Origin: Capsulimonadaceae bacterium
Lineage (GTDB): Bacteria > Armatimonadota > Armatimonadia > Armatimonadales > Capsulimonadaceae
Assembly (NCBI GenBank): GCA_965215505.1
Contig: OZ244065.1
Location: 5,344,001 to 5,408,000 of the forward strand
Length of the DNA: 64,000 nt
Direction: 5' to 3'
Numbering within the stretch: the first letter of the stretch is position 1; every line of letters starts with the position of its first letter. The translations under genes and the position numbers were made by a program. The notes below the pieces were generated by a model. It had not been told where the DNA came from and made no database searches. It was given only the letters and a program-made list of their open reading frames with translations. Positions 28,243 through 37,799 of this stretch are shown piece by piece.

Positions 28243-28899
28243 ATGAAGCTCGACAAGCACAGCAAACTCGTGATGATCGGCGACTCGATCACCGACGCGG
28301 GCCGGGCGCAGCCCGCCGGGGAGGGCCTGTTCGATGCCCTGGGCCGGGGCTACGTCAGCCTCGTGGATGCCCTGCTCGGCGCGGCCTACCCTGACTCCGG
28401 CATCCGCGTCGTCAACATGGGGACCGGCGGCAACACCGTCCGCGACCTTGAGGCGCGCTGGCAGACCGACGTGCTGGACAAGCGGCCCGACTGGCTCTCG
28501 GTCATGATCGGTGCCAACGACATCTGGCGGCAGTTCGACTCGCCGCGCCAGCCCGAGGGCCACGTCCTGCCTGATGAGTACGAGCGGACCCTGGATGGCC
28601 TGATCGCCCTGACGCTGCCACTGGTCAAGAACATCGTGCTGATGACCCCCTTCTACATCGAGCCGAACCGCGCCGACCTCATGCGCGCCCGCACGGACGA
28701 GTACGGGGCGATCGTCCGCCACCTGTCCGAGAAGCATGGGACTCTGTTCGTGGACACGCAGGCCGCCTTCGACGTCGTGCTGACTACCTATTACCCGGCG
28801 ACGCTGGCCTGGGACCGCGTCCACCCGAACCAGACGGGCCACATGGTTCTCGCCCGCGCGTTCCTGGCAGCCGTTGACTTCAACTGGCAGGCCGGTTGA
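28243..28899 (+). CDS. SGNH/GDSL esterase (acetylxylan esterase-like)
   Basis: GDSITD, GANDI, DRVHP. Confidence 0.9.
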   Translation: MKLDKHSKLVMIGDSITDAGRAQPAGEGLFDALGRGYVSLVDALLGAAYPDSGIRVVNMGTGGNTVRDLEARWQTDVLDKRPDWLSVMIGANDIWRQFDSPRQPEGHVLPDEYERTLDGLIALTLPLVKNIVLMTPFYIEPNRADLMRARTDEYGAIVRHLSEKHGTLFVDTQAAFDVVLTTYYPATLAWDRVHPNQTGHMVLARAFLAAVDFNWQAG

Positions 28900-28960
28900 A
28901 ATCGCCTCGCGAGTGGGTAGACCTCCTTCAGCACCATCCCTGTTAGGAAACACCCGCACG

Positions 28961-30352
28961 ATGCCTACTCTACCCCTGCTGGACCGGGCGCGCACCGTCG
29001 CCCCGCCCGGTTACAACCGCTGGCTGGTCCCACCCGCCGCCCTCGCCATCCATCTGTCCGTGGGCCAGGCCTATGCGTTCAGCGTCTTCAACAACCCCTT
29101 GGGCCAGCTCCTGGGCAGTACGAAAGCTCATCAGGTGGCGGGGGAATGGGACAAGGTCCAGGTCACACACATCTTCAGCCTCGCCATCGTCTTCCTCGGC
29201 CTGAGCGCCGCCGTGTTCGGTCGGTGGCTCGAGGGGGCCGGGCCGCGAAAAGCGATGCTGGCCTCCGCCCTGTGCTTCAGCAGCGGCTTCTTCGTCGCCG
29301 CGCTGGGCGTCGGACTGCATATCCTCCCCCTGGTCTACCTCGGCTACGGCGTCCTTGGAGGCATCGGGCTGGGCTTGGGCTACATCTCGCCGGTTTCGAC
29401 GCTCATTAAGTGGTTCCCCGACCGCCCTGGGCTGGCAACAGGCCTCGCCATCATGGGCTTCGGCGGGGGCGCGATGATCGGCTCACCGCTGGCCGTCAAC
29501 CTCATGAAGCACTTCGCTTCGCCGGGCGATCCGGGCGTCGTCCAGACCTTTTTCGTCATGGGCGCGCTCTACTTCGTCTTCATGATGTTCGGTGTTTTCA
29601 CCGTCCGCGTCCCCGCCGAAGGCTGGAAGCCGGCCGGCTACGTTCCCAGCGTGAAGACCGTCACTACACGCGGCTTCACCGCCGGTGAGGCGATCAAGAC
29701 GCCCCAGTTCTACCTGCTCTGGGGCGTCCTGTTCTTCAACGTCACCGCCGGCATCGGCATGCTGTCGGTGGCCTCACCGATGATCCAGGACCTTTTTCCG
29801 GGCCATGTGACCAAGGAAGCGGCTGCGGGCTTCGTCGGCCTGCTCAGTCTGTTCAACCTCGCCGGCCGGCTGGGGTGGTCGTCGCTGTCGGACAAGAGCG
29901 GGCGCAAGCCGGCCTACCTGATCTACTTGGTCCTGGGCAGCCTGCTCTACATGTTCGTCCCCATCGCCGCCCACCTGGGCAGCATCGGGCTGTTCGTCGG
30001 CAGCGCGGCCCTGATCCTGAGCATGTACGGCGGCGGCTTCGCCACCATCCCGGCCTACCTGCGCGACCTGTTCGGAACGCTGGAGGTTGGTGCGATTCAT
30101 GGCCGGCTCCTGACCGCCTGGTCGGCGGCGGGCATCGCCGGGCCGTTCCTGTTCGCCAGCCTGGGCGAGTACGCCCTCGCCCACCATCTGCCCGCCGACC
30201 AGTCCTACACGCAGGCCCTGCACGTCATGGCCGGCCTGCTGGTTTTGGGTCTGATCTGTAACCTGCTCGTCAGGCCGATTAAGCCGGACACCGACGCTGG
30301 CATGAGCGACGCCGACGCCTCCACCCGGCAGGCCGCGCGGGCGACAGTTTAG
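28961..30352 (+). CDS. OFA-family MFS transporter
   Basis: KWFPDRPGLATG, YGGGFATIPAY; about 12 TM segments. Confidence 0.9.
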   Translation: MPTLPLLDRARTVAPPGYNRWLVPPAALAIHLSVGQAYAFSVFNNPLGQLLGSTKAHQVAGEWDKVQVTHIFSLAIVFLGLSAAVFGRWLEGAGPRKAMLASALCFSSGFFVAALGVGLHILPLVYLGYGVLGGIGLGLGYISPVSTLIKWFPDRPGLATGLAIMGFGGGAMIGSPLAVNLMKHFASPGDPGVVQTFFVMGALYFVFMMFGVFTVRVPAEGWKPAGYVPSVKTVTTRGFTAGEAIKTPQFYLLWGVLFFNVTAGIGMLSVASPMIQDLFPGHVTKEAAAGFVGLLSLFNLAGRLGWSSLSDKSGRKPAYLIYLVLGSLLYMFVPIAAHLGSIGLFVGSAALILSMYGGGFATIPAYLRDLFGTLEVGAIHGRLLTAWSAAGIAGPFLFASLGEYALAHHLPADQSYTQALHVMAGLLVLGLICNLLVRPIKPDTDAGMSDADASTRQAARATV

Positions 30353-30364
30353 AAAGAGATAATC

Positions 30365-30517
30365 ATGGCCGAAACCTACACCAACACGCCCACGGACACA
30401 TCTTCGCAGGCGGCCTCGTCGCCGGTTCTGCTGATCGTTTCCTGGCTCGTAGTCGGACTCCCCCTCGCCTGGGGTATCATAGAGACGCTGAAGAAGTCGC
30501 TGGCGCTGTTCCACTAG
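30365..30517 (+). CDS. Small membrane subunit associated with the OFA MFS transporter (50 aa, not in the ORF track)
   Basis: ...LLIVSWLVVGLPLAWGIIETLKKSLALFH directly after the MFS gene. Confidence 0.75.
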   Translation: MAETYTNTPTDTSSQAASSPVLLIVSWLVVGLPLAWGIIETLKKSLALFH

Positions 30518-30660
30518 GGAAGCGGCGTCGCGAGGGAAGACGCACATAAAGCGCAGAAGCCGGGTGTTGCGGGCTGCCTCTGGAGCAGCCCTTCTCTTCG
30601 GATGCGTCCCAATCACAGTCTCCTGCAACGTGACTCAGCCCACCGCTTCTGGAATACGTC

Positions 30661-31242
30661 ATGGTCAACAAGAGGACTGAGAAACTCGCGGAGGTAGTCG
30701 GCACTCAAAGCCTGGTACAATTTGACCGGACCCCCGTAGATCGGTACAGGATAACCGGCTATGTGGTAGGTCTCAGTGAGCGGTTGGTCCTAATCCATCT
30801 GGTTCAAGATCAGGTCATGAACCTGAACGGCTACGTCGGTATCCGCCGCTCGGACATCAAGCGTTATAAGGTTTTCAGTAGCGATGGAGATTTCATGCCT
30901 CGCGTCCTGCCCCTGTTACGGATTGAACCTATCCCAAGACCTGACCTCGACACCACCGGCATCTTTTCACTCTTGTCTTCAGTAAGAGAAGTCTTTCCTG
31001 TACTCGGCATTGAGACCGAGGTGACTGAACCCGATGCTGTTTTCATCGGGACTGTAGAAAATCTTTCGTCTAGGGCCGTCGTTCTGCGGCAGATCGACAC
31101 CGCTGGGTGCTGGATGGAGCCGACCGAGTTTCGGCTAAAAGATATTACAAAGGTCATCCTGGGTGATGGTTACCAAGAGGCTTTAGCATTGTTGACGCGC
31201 CATGAGGCCAAAGACAAGGAACGGCAAGCCGACGCGGCATGA
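30661..31242 (+). CDS. Hypothetical protein (AT-richer)
   Basis: 193-aa ORF filling the gap before the dehydrogenase; two beta-rich halves. Confidence 0.6.
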   Translation: MVNKRTEKLAEVVGTQSLVQFDRTPVDRYRITGYVVGLSERLVLIHLVQDQVMNLNGYVGIRRSDIKRYKVFSSDGDFMPRVLPLLRIEPIPRPDLDTTGIFSLLSSVREVFPVLGIETEVTEPDAVFIGTVENLSSRAVVLRQIDTAGCWMEPTEFRLKDITKVILGDGYQEALALLTRHEAKDKERQADAA

Positions 31243-31260
31243 ACATTAAGAGGGGACATC

Positions 31261-32343
31261 ATGGCACAACATACCATCGTCGTTATGGAAGGCGACCAAA
31301 CGGGGCAAGAACTTTTAGTCGAGGCCCTGCGCGTCTTGAGTCCTGCGGTCACCAAAGTGGATGTAGAATTCGCCCACTATGATCTGTCTTTGGAGAACCG
31401 GCGCGCGACCCAAAACCAGGTCGTCCATGACGCCGCCCAGGCGATGAAGAAGCACGGGCTTGGCATCAAGGCCGCCACCATCACGCCCGAGATCAAGGGC
31501 GACGTCGGCTCGCCCAACGCCATCCTGCGGTCCGAGATAGACGGCACCGTCATCGTCCGCACCGGGCGGCGGCTGCCGGGCGTCCTGCCCGTCGGCGGCG
31601 TCTCCGCCCCCATGTCCGTCGTCCGCATGGCCGTCGGCGATGCCTACGGGGCGAAGGAGTGGCGTGAGGGGGAAGGGTACGACGAGGTCTCCCACCGGAC
31701 TGAGACTCTGAACCGAGGCATCTGCCGCATGGTCGCTGAGTTCGCCTTCCGCCACGCCCGCAAGATGGGCGCGAAGGTCTTCGGCGGACCCAAGTACACG
31801 GTTTCGCCCATCTATGAGGGCATGTTCAAGGAGGAGATGGACGCCGCCTCCAAGAAGTATTCGGACGTCCGCTACGAGCCGCAGCTCATTGACGCCACTT
31901 ACGCCCTCCTGCTGGCGCGCGCCTCGGAGCCGCTGGTCATCCCCGCCCTGAACCGCGATGGCGACTGCCTGAGTGACCTGGTTCTAGCCTTCTATGGCTC
32001 CATCGCCGGGTCCGAGTCTCTGCTGATCGCGTTCGACGAGAACTTCGAGCCGAAGGTCGTGATGACCGAAGCGCCGCACGGCACGGCCCCGTCGCTCCAG
32101 GGCAAGAACATCGCTAACCCACTCGCCATGATCCTGGCCGGTGCCTCCATCCTGACATATCTGCACACGCCCGCAGCCAACCGCGCCTCCCGCGCCATCT
32201 ACGAGGCCGCCTTTGAAGCCCTGCACGACGGCACCCGGACGTCGGACCTCGGGGGCGGCGCGACCACCTCGGAGTTCGTGGATACGGTCATCCACCGCGT
32301 CCAGAGCAAGGTCGAGGTGTGGGAGACGCTGGGGGAGCGGTAG
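31261..32343 (+). CDS. Isocitrate/isopropylmalate dehydrogenase family protein
   Basis: GDQTGQEL, KAATITP, SPNAILR, NRDGDCLSD, EAPHGTAP. Confidence 0.9.
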   Translation: MAQHTIVVMEGDQTGQELLVEALRVLSPAVTKVDVEFAHYDLSLENRRATQNQVVHDAAQAMKKHGLGIKAATITPEIKGDVGSPNAILRSEIDGTVIVRTGRRLPGVLPVGGVSAPMSVVRMAVGDAYGAKEWREGEGYDEVSHRTETLNRGICRMVAEFAFRHARKMGAKVFGGPKYTVSPIYEGMFKEEMDAASKKYSDVRYEPQLIDATYALLLARASEPLVIPALNRDGDCLSDLVLAFYGSIAGSESLLIAFDENFEPKVVMTEAPHGTAPSLQGKNIANPLAMILAGASILTYLHTPAANRASRAIYEAAFEALHDGTRTSDLGGGATTSEFVDTVIHRVQSKVEVWETLGER

Positions 32344-32365
32344 GTTCGCGTGAGGTACAAGCCCG

Positions 32366-32638
32366 GTGGCATTAGTCTTTAGGTCCCATGCCCTCCAGCG
32401 CATGTTTCAGCGTCGTGTAAGCGCGGAAGCAGTCCGCAAAGCATTGGCAACGGGAGAGGACATCGAGGACTATCCGTATGATCTGCCTTATCCGGGTCGT
32501 CTTGTGCTGGGTGAGGTTGACGGGCGTCCCCTGCACGTCGTTGTCGCCGACAATGCACAGGGTTTGGAGACTATTGTAATCACAGTGTACGAACCCGACC
32601 CCACTTTATGGACCAGCGACTTTAGGAGGCGACGATGA
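32366..32638 (+). CDS. DUF4258 family putative toxin
   Basis: HALQRMFQR, IEDYP, PLHVV, ITVYEPDP. Confidence 0.8.
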   Translation: MALVFRSHALQRMFQRRVSAEAVRKALATGEDIEDYPYDLPYPGRLVLGEVDGRPLHVVVADNAQGLETIVITVYEPDPTLWTSDFRRRR

Positions 32639-32862
32639 AATGCGTCATCTGTAAACAGGCCGATGTACAACCAGGAACCGCAACCGTGACTCTGGAACGT
32701 GACGGCATGACGCTTGTAGTGAAGCATGTTTCCGCCCGCGTCTGCCCTAACTGCGGCGAGGAATACATAAACGAGGACGCGGCGGCACGTCTCATGGAAA
32801 CGGCAGAGCAGGCCGCGAACTCCGGCGTTCAGGTTGACGTCCGTGAGTATGCCGTCGCCTAA
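32635..32862 (+). CDS. YgiT-type zinc finger (MqsA-like) putative antitoxin
   Basis: CVIC...VCPNCGEEY; ATGA overlap with DUF4258. Confidence 0.85.
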   Translation: MKCVICKQADVQPGTATVTLERDGMTLVVKHVSARVCPNCGEEYINEDAAARLMETAEQAANSGVQVDVREYAVA

Positions 32863-32875
32863 GAAAAGCCCCCTT

Positions 32876-33403
32876 ATGCCCCTACTCTCAGACAACCCGT
32901 TCACCAGCCTCAGCCTCATCGCGGCCCCCGCCGTGCTGACCAACGCCTCGTCCGTCCTGGCGCTTGGCACTTCCAACCGCTTTGCACGCGCCATTGACCG
33001 CGCCCGCGCCCTGTCCGCGCTGCTGGAAAAAGAGGAGGTGACGGACGACCCCATGACCATCATGCGCGTCCACCACCTCAACCGCACCGAGCGGCGCGCG
33101 CTCCTGCTGCTCCATGCCCTGCGCGCCTTCTACCTCGCCCTGGGGTCCTTCGCGGCCTCGGGCCTGCTCTCGCTGCTGGGCGCGAGTGTCACCTCCTCCA
33201 CACACCATATCGTCTTCCGCATCACGCTCGTGGTCGGCCTGGTGACGGGATTTTGCGGGGTGGGGGGCCTGGTCTTCGGCTGCACACTGCTGGTGGAGGA
33301 GACGCGGCTGGCCGTCAAGAACGTCTCCGAGGAGGCCGTTCTGGTGCGAGAGCGCTTCAAAGACTATCTCACGGTTTCCGAAAAGGCGGGCGAGCCGGGA
33401 TGA
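32876..33403 (+). CDS. DUF2721-like membrane protein
   Basis: IAAPAVL...SNRFARAIDRAR; three TM segments. Confidence 0.7.
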   Translation: MPLLSDNPFTSLSLIAAPAVLTNASSVLALGTSNRFARAIDRARALSALLEKEEVTDDPMTIMRVHHLNRTERRALLLLHALRAFYLALGSFAASGLLSLLGASVTSSTHHIVFRITLVVGLVTGFCGVGGLVFGCTLLVEETRLAVKNVSEEAVLVRERFKDYLTVSEKAGEPG

Positions 33404-33416
33404 AGGCTGCCCGGCC

Positions 33417-34439
33417 TCATCCCTGCCCTAACTGCACCCGCGCCGGGGCAGCCTCCGCTTGAGGCTGGGGCCGCGTCGGCGTCCCGAGCATCCACGCATC
33501 CACTTCCTCCACCGCCGCCGTCATGGCCGCCGCTTCCGAGGCCACGCGCTGCATGTCTTCGGCCAGCCTTGTCAGGTCCGCGATGTCGTGCGCGCCCGTG
33601 TAGTAGGCCGCCAGACTCGCCCGCAGCGCCTCCGTCTCCGCCGCCATCTCCTGCCTCAAGACCGAGAACCGCCGCACCAGCACGTTCGCCCGCGTGGTCG
33701 CGTCCGCCCGGCGGTGCAGGGCCTCCACGCGGCGGATGAGCGAAGCCGCCACCACCCGGTCCGGCTCGGCCTGCGCTTGGAGCAGCGTCTCCGCCGCCGT
33801 CCGCCGCAGAACCTCCGTCATGATGTCCGGAGTCTCGCCGCCCAGTGCCAGGTGCCCCACGGCCCGCGTCGCCGGCAGCCTGTCGATGGCATCGCCCAGG
33901 GCGCGCAGCGCGCTTCGGAGGTCTGCGCCCGAGGCGGGGCCTTGCTCCTGCACACCGGCGACCTCCTGCCGAACCACATCCATGACGAGTGTGAGGTAAG
34001 AACGCTCCAGCTCGTCATGCGCCTGCGGCAGCAGGGCGGCGACCTCGCCTGATGTCACGGCCCGCTCGTACATCTGCCGGTGCTGTCGTGCCACCAGTCG
34101 GCGCGGCTGGGCGAGGGCGAAGAACCATGTCCAGCCGCCGGCAAAGGCAAGGTCTAGCAGAACGGCCGACGACCCGAAAGCAGACAAGGCGTATCCCAGG
34201 GCAGGCGGGATCGCCAAAAAGCCCAAAGCGGTGCAGGCGCGAGCCGGCCCGCGAACAGCCCGGAGAGTGACTTGGGCCTCCTCGGAGGTCATCTGCCCCT
34301 TCTGCTTGCCTAGCCACCGGCGGCCCCAAAACCCGACGCGCGGCGGCGCGTCTTCCACGGCTTGCATAGGCCGCCCGGCGCGGCGCGCGGCGAGAGTCCG
34401 GCAGCGCTTTTCGCCTAAATCTTCTGGGAGTAGGTTCAT
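33417..34439 (-). CDS. Hypothetical protein with two TM segments and a helical C-terminus (start uncertain)
   Basis: Coding-like 3' part of ORF 33417..34910; its 5' extension shadows the SDR gene. Confidence 0.6.
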   Translation of the reverse strand: MNLLPEDLGEKRCRTLAARRAGRPMQAVEDAPPRVGFWGRRWLGKQKGQMTSEEAQVTLRAVRGPARACTALGFLAIPPALGYALSAFGSSAVLLDLAFAGGWTWFFALAQPRRLVARQHRQMYERAVTSGEVAALLPQAHDELERSYLTLVMDVVRQEVAGVQEQGPASGADLRSALRALGDAIDRLPATRAVGHLALGGETPDIMTEVLRRTAAETLLQAQAEPDRVVAASLIRRVEALHRRADATTRANVLVRRFSVLRQEMAAETEALRASLAAYYTGAHDIADLTRLAEDMQRVASEAAAMTAAVEEVDAWMLGTPTRPQPQAEAAPARVQLGQG

Positions 34440-34560
34440 GGGGCGACATTCGTTGCCGAAAGTGAAATCTCCTGCCACCAGCCGGAATAATTTCGCTCCC
34501 GCGCGGGTAGAAGCAGTCGGAACATCCGCCGCCCAGAGCGCGGCAGCAAGGGGCAGTATC

Positions 34561-35343
34561 ATGGGAATGCTTGACGGGAAGGTCGCCTTCATCACCGGGG
34601 GCGCGAGCGGCATCGGCAAGGGGACCGCGCTGCGGTTCGCGCGCGAGGGGGCAAAAATCGCCATCGCGGACATGCAGCCGGAAGAAGGCGAGAAGGCGCG
34701 GGCGGAGATCGAGGCGGCGGGCGGCGAGGCGCTGTTTTTCCCGCTCGACGTGTCCGAACCGGAGGCCGTGAAGTCGGCCATTGACGCCACGGTGGAGAAG
34801 TTCGGGCGGCTGGACAGCGTGTTCGCCAATGCGGGCATCAACGGCGTCTGGGCACCGCTGGAGGAGCTGACGCCGGAGGAGTGGGACAAGACGATTGCCA
34901 TCAACCTCAAGGGGACCTTCCTGACGGTCCACTATGCCGTGCCGCACCTGAAAAAGGGTGGGGGCGGCTCGATCATCATCACCAGCAGCGTCAACGGCAA
35001 TCGCACCTTTTCAAACCCCGGCGCGTCCGCCTACAGTACCAGCAAGGCCGGCCAAGTCGCCTTCATGAAGATGGCCGCCCTGGAACTCGGACGCCACCAC
35101 ATCCGCGTCAATGCGGTCTGCCCCGGCGCGATCCACACGAACATTGACGAGCGGACGGAGCAGCGCGGCACGGAGGGCATCGGCATCAAGGTGGAGATGC
35201 CGGAAGGCAGCCCCGCCCTGAACGAAGGCCAGGGTGAGCCGATAGACGTCGCCGATACCTGTCTGTTCCTCGCTTCCGATCTCTCGCGCCACGTCTCCGG
35301 CGTTGACATCTATGTGGACGGCGGCGCGTCCCTGCTGCGCTGA
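34561..35343 (+). CDS. SDR oxidoreductase
   Basis: TGGASGIG, NAG, YSTSK, VDGG. Confidence 0.92.
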   Translation: MGMLDGKVAFITGGASGIGKGTALRFAREGAKIAIADMQPEEGEKARAEIEAAGGEALFFPLDVSEPEAVKSAIDATVEKFGRLDSVFANAGINGVWAPLEELTPEEWDKTIAINLKGTFLTVHYAVPHLKKGGGGSIIITSSVNGNRTFSNPGASAYSTSKAGQVAFMKMAALELGRHHIRVNAVCPGAIHTNIDERTEQRGTEGIGIKVEMPEGSPALNEGQGEPIDVADTCLFLASDLSRHVSGVDIYVDGGASLLR

Positions 35344-35410
35344 AGGGCCGCGTTTCCCCCGCGCCTCGGGTATACTCTGCCCGTCTGCTCGGCGAAGGGG
35401 GAACACGGCC

Positions 35411-35728
35411 ATGCGGAGGCAAATCGAGGAGTTCTGTCACGACTGTGGGGCCGCCGTCGGCCAGCCGCATCAGGATGGCTGCGATGTGGAGAGGTGCAGC
35501 GTCTGCCACGGGCAGCGGATGTGCTGCGACTGCGCCGGCCACGACCCGCAGGCCTCCTACTGGACCGGCGAATGGCCCGGCGCAGCCCTCTGTCGCGAGC
35601 GCGGCTGGTGGTGCGTCCGGGCCAAGGTCGGCTGGCGGCCCTGTGAACAGGACACGCCGGGCGCGATGGAGGACTTCAACCGCCTGGCCTATTTCCAAAG
35701 CACCGGCCATGACGACCTGTACCGCTGA
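35411..35728 (+). CDS. Small Cys/His-rich putative zinc-binding protein
   Basis: CHDC...HQDGCDVERCSVC...CCDC; SD-like GGGGG and an upstream TATACT. Confidence 0.65.
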   Translation: MRRQIEEFCHDCGAAVGQPHQDGCDVERCSVCHGQRMCCDCAGHDPQASYWTGEWPGAALCRERGWWCVRAKVGWRPCEQDTPGAMEDFNRLAYFQSTGHDDLYR

Positions 35729-35738
35729 GGAGAATCCC

Positions 35739-36473
35739 ATGCCCGTGACGATCACCGACGAACAGAGGCGTCAATATCAGGAAGACGGCTACTTCCTGCT
35801 GGAAAATGTCTTCGCCCCCGCCGAGATGGGGCGCGTCGCCGCCCTGATCGAGGGCTTCCAGCGCCGCCACGAGGAGGCCCTGGCCGCCGAGGGCGGCACC
35901 GTAGGCATCTCGCATATCGGCGAGATCACCTTCACCGACCACCTCGCCGAGAACGACTCCGAGATCGCCGCCTTTGTCACGCGGCCCGAGTTCGTCGCCA
36001 TCGCGACCCAACTTGTCGGCCCGGACGTGGACCTGTACTGGAACCAGTCCGTTTTCAAGCAGCCGGAAGGGAAACGCGAGTTCCCCTGGCACCAGGATGA
36101 CGGCTACACGCCCGTCACTCCTTCGCCCTACCTAACCCTCTGGCTGGCCCTGAACGACGCCACGCCCGAAAACGGCTGCATCTCCGTCCTGCCCGGCTCC
36201 CAGAAAGCGGGCCTGGCCCCGCACCATCCCAGCCCCATCGGCCTGGTCTGCCACGAGGCTGACGACCCCGACCAGGGCGTCCTCGTCCCGGTCAGGGCCG
36301 GCTCGCTCGCCGTCTTCCAGTCGCTGACGATGCACAAGAGCGGCGCGAACACTTCTTCCGGGACGCGTAAAGCCTACGTCATCCAATACTCGGCGGCCGG
36401 CTTACGTCACGCTGAAACCGGCGAACTGATCCCAAACCAGATCGCCGTGGCGCGGGACGGGGCGGCGGCGTAG
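35739..36473 (+). CDS. PhyH-family Fe(II)/2-oxoglutarate dioxygenase
   Basis: PWHQD, ENGCI, HKSGAN...R. Confidence 0.9.
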   Translation: MPVTITDEQRRQYQEDGYFLLENVFAPAEMGRVAALIEGFQRRHEEALAAEGGTVGISHIGEITFTDHLAENDSEIAAFVTRPEFVAIATQLVGPDVDLYWNQSVFKQPEGKREFPWHQDDGYTPVTPSPYLTLWLALNDATPENGCISVLPGSQKAGLAPHHPSPIGLVCHEADDPDQGVLVPVRAGSLAVFQSLTMHKSGANTSSGTRKAYVIQYSAAGLRHAETGELIPNQIAVARDGAAA

Positions 36474-36502
36474 GAACCCACCCATTAGGGTACAACCACT
36501 CA

Positions 36503-37768
36503 ATGCTTATCACCCGCGACACGCCGCCGCGCGACGCCATCCGCACCGGGTTCTTTTTTGCCATGGGCGTCGTCCTGCTGGCCCTCCTCGCCGTCGCGAC
36601 GCGCCGCTTCGCCGAGGCGACCCTGGCTGTCATCACGCCCTTCGCTTTGGGCCTGACACTAGCCCTGCTGCTGGACCCCCTCGCCGCCCGGCTGATGAAG
36701 CGCGGCCTGAAGCGCACCCCTGCGGCGGGGATCGTCTTCGGCGTCTTCGTGCTGCTGATCGTCGGCATCGGCTGGCTGACCATCCCCGCCCTGATCGCCC
36801 AGGCGGGGGACCTTGCCCAGAACGGGCCGAAATACATTGACGGCCTCAAGGACCACTACACCACCTTCTCCAAACTGCACCCAAAGATCGGCCCCGTCAA
36901 ACTACCGGGCAGCCTCGACAATCTCACCCAGCAGTTGTCGGGCCGCGCCTCAACCCTCCTGCAAGGGGCGGGCGACAAGATCGTCACGTTCCTGCTCGGG
37001 TCGGCGACGGTCGCCATCCAGCTCGTCCTGAGCCTGATCATCGCCTTCTACTTCCTGGCCGATCTGGATCGCCTGCGCGCGCGCCTGTTCTATTTGGCTC
37101 CGGCCAAGTGGCGCGGGATGATGGGGCATGTGGGCGGCGACGTGGGCGGCGTCTTCTCCGACTATCTGCGCGGGCTGCTCATCGTCTGCGCCCTGTACGG
37201 CGTCTTCACCATCGGCCTACTGTATGGGTTGAGCCTCTTCCACCACTCGATGGCCCAATATGCCCTGTTGGTCGGGGCCGCCGCAGGCGTCCTCTATGCC
37301 GTGCCCTACCTGGGGGCGTTCTCGACGGCCCTCATCACCTTCCTCGTCTCCTTCGCCGCCGCCACAGCCGACCACGCCAGCGGCCTGGGATTTGGCGGGA
37401 TCGCGCTTGCCGCCACCCTGGTCTTGAACCAGGTCTTCGACAACGTCGTCACCCCGCGTGTGGTCGGCGGCGGCGTGGGCTTGCACCCCATCCTCGCCCT
37501 GTTCTCCCTGGTCATCGGCGGCGAGCTGTTCGGCATCTGGGGGATGCTTCTCTCCGTGCCCATCGCCGGCAGCATCCAGGCGATCCTGTTCCGGCTCTAT
37601 CCCAAGCTGACGAAGCCCACCCCGTCGCCGTTCCTGCGGGCGCAGGGCGTCGCTCCCGACGAGGGCGAGTCCGCGAAGGTGATGGAGGGGGACCGGTCGG
37701 TGACGCGCCATGAGCAGGAAAAAGAAGGGAAGGAGCGGGAGCAAGAAGCGGCGGGCGCCAATCCATAA
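36503..37768 (+). CDS. AI-2E family transporter
   Basis: VPYLG, PRVVGGGVGLHP, GIWGMLLSVP. Confidence 0.88.
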   Translation: MLITRDTPPRDAIRTGFFFAMGVVLLALLAVATRRFAEATLAVITPFALGLTLALLLDPLAARLMKRGLKRTPAAGIVFGVFVLLIVGIGWLTIPALIAQAGDLAQNGPKYIDGLKDHYTTFSKLHPKIGPVKLPGSLDNLTQQLSGRASTLLQGAGDKIVTFLLGSATVAIQLVLSLIIAFYFLADLDRLRARLFYLAPAKWRGMMGHVGGDVGGVFSDYLRGLLIVCALYGVFTIGLLYGLSLFHHSMAQYALLVGAAAGVLYAVPYLGAFSTALITFLVSFAAATADHASGLGFGGIALAATLVLNQVFDNVVTPRVVGGGVGLHPILALFSLVIGGELFGIWGMLLSVPIAGSIQAILFRLYPKLTKPTPSPFLRAQGVAPDEGESAKVMEGDRSVTRHEQEKEGKEREQEAAGANP

Positions 37769-37799
37769 GGATCGGTGCCCGCCAAGGCGGTCAGGCGCG

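Noticed and set aside
25728-28292. 854-aa minus-strand ORF
   Set aside because: Antisense shadow of the DUF3866, NUDIX and isomerase genes, as expected in high-GC DNA
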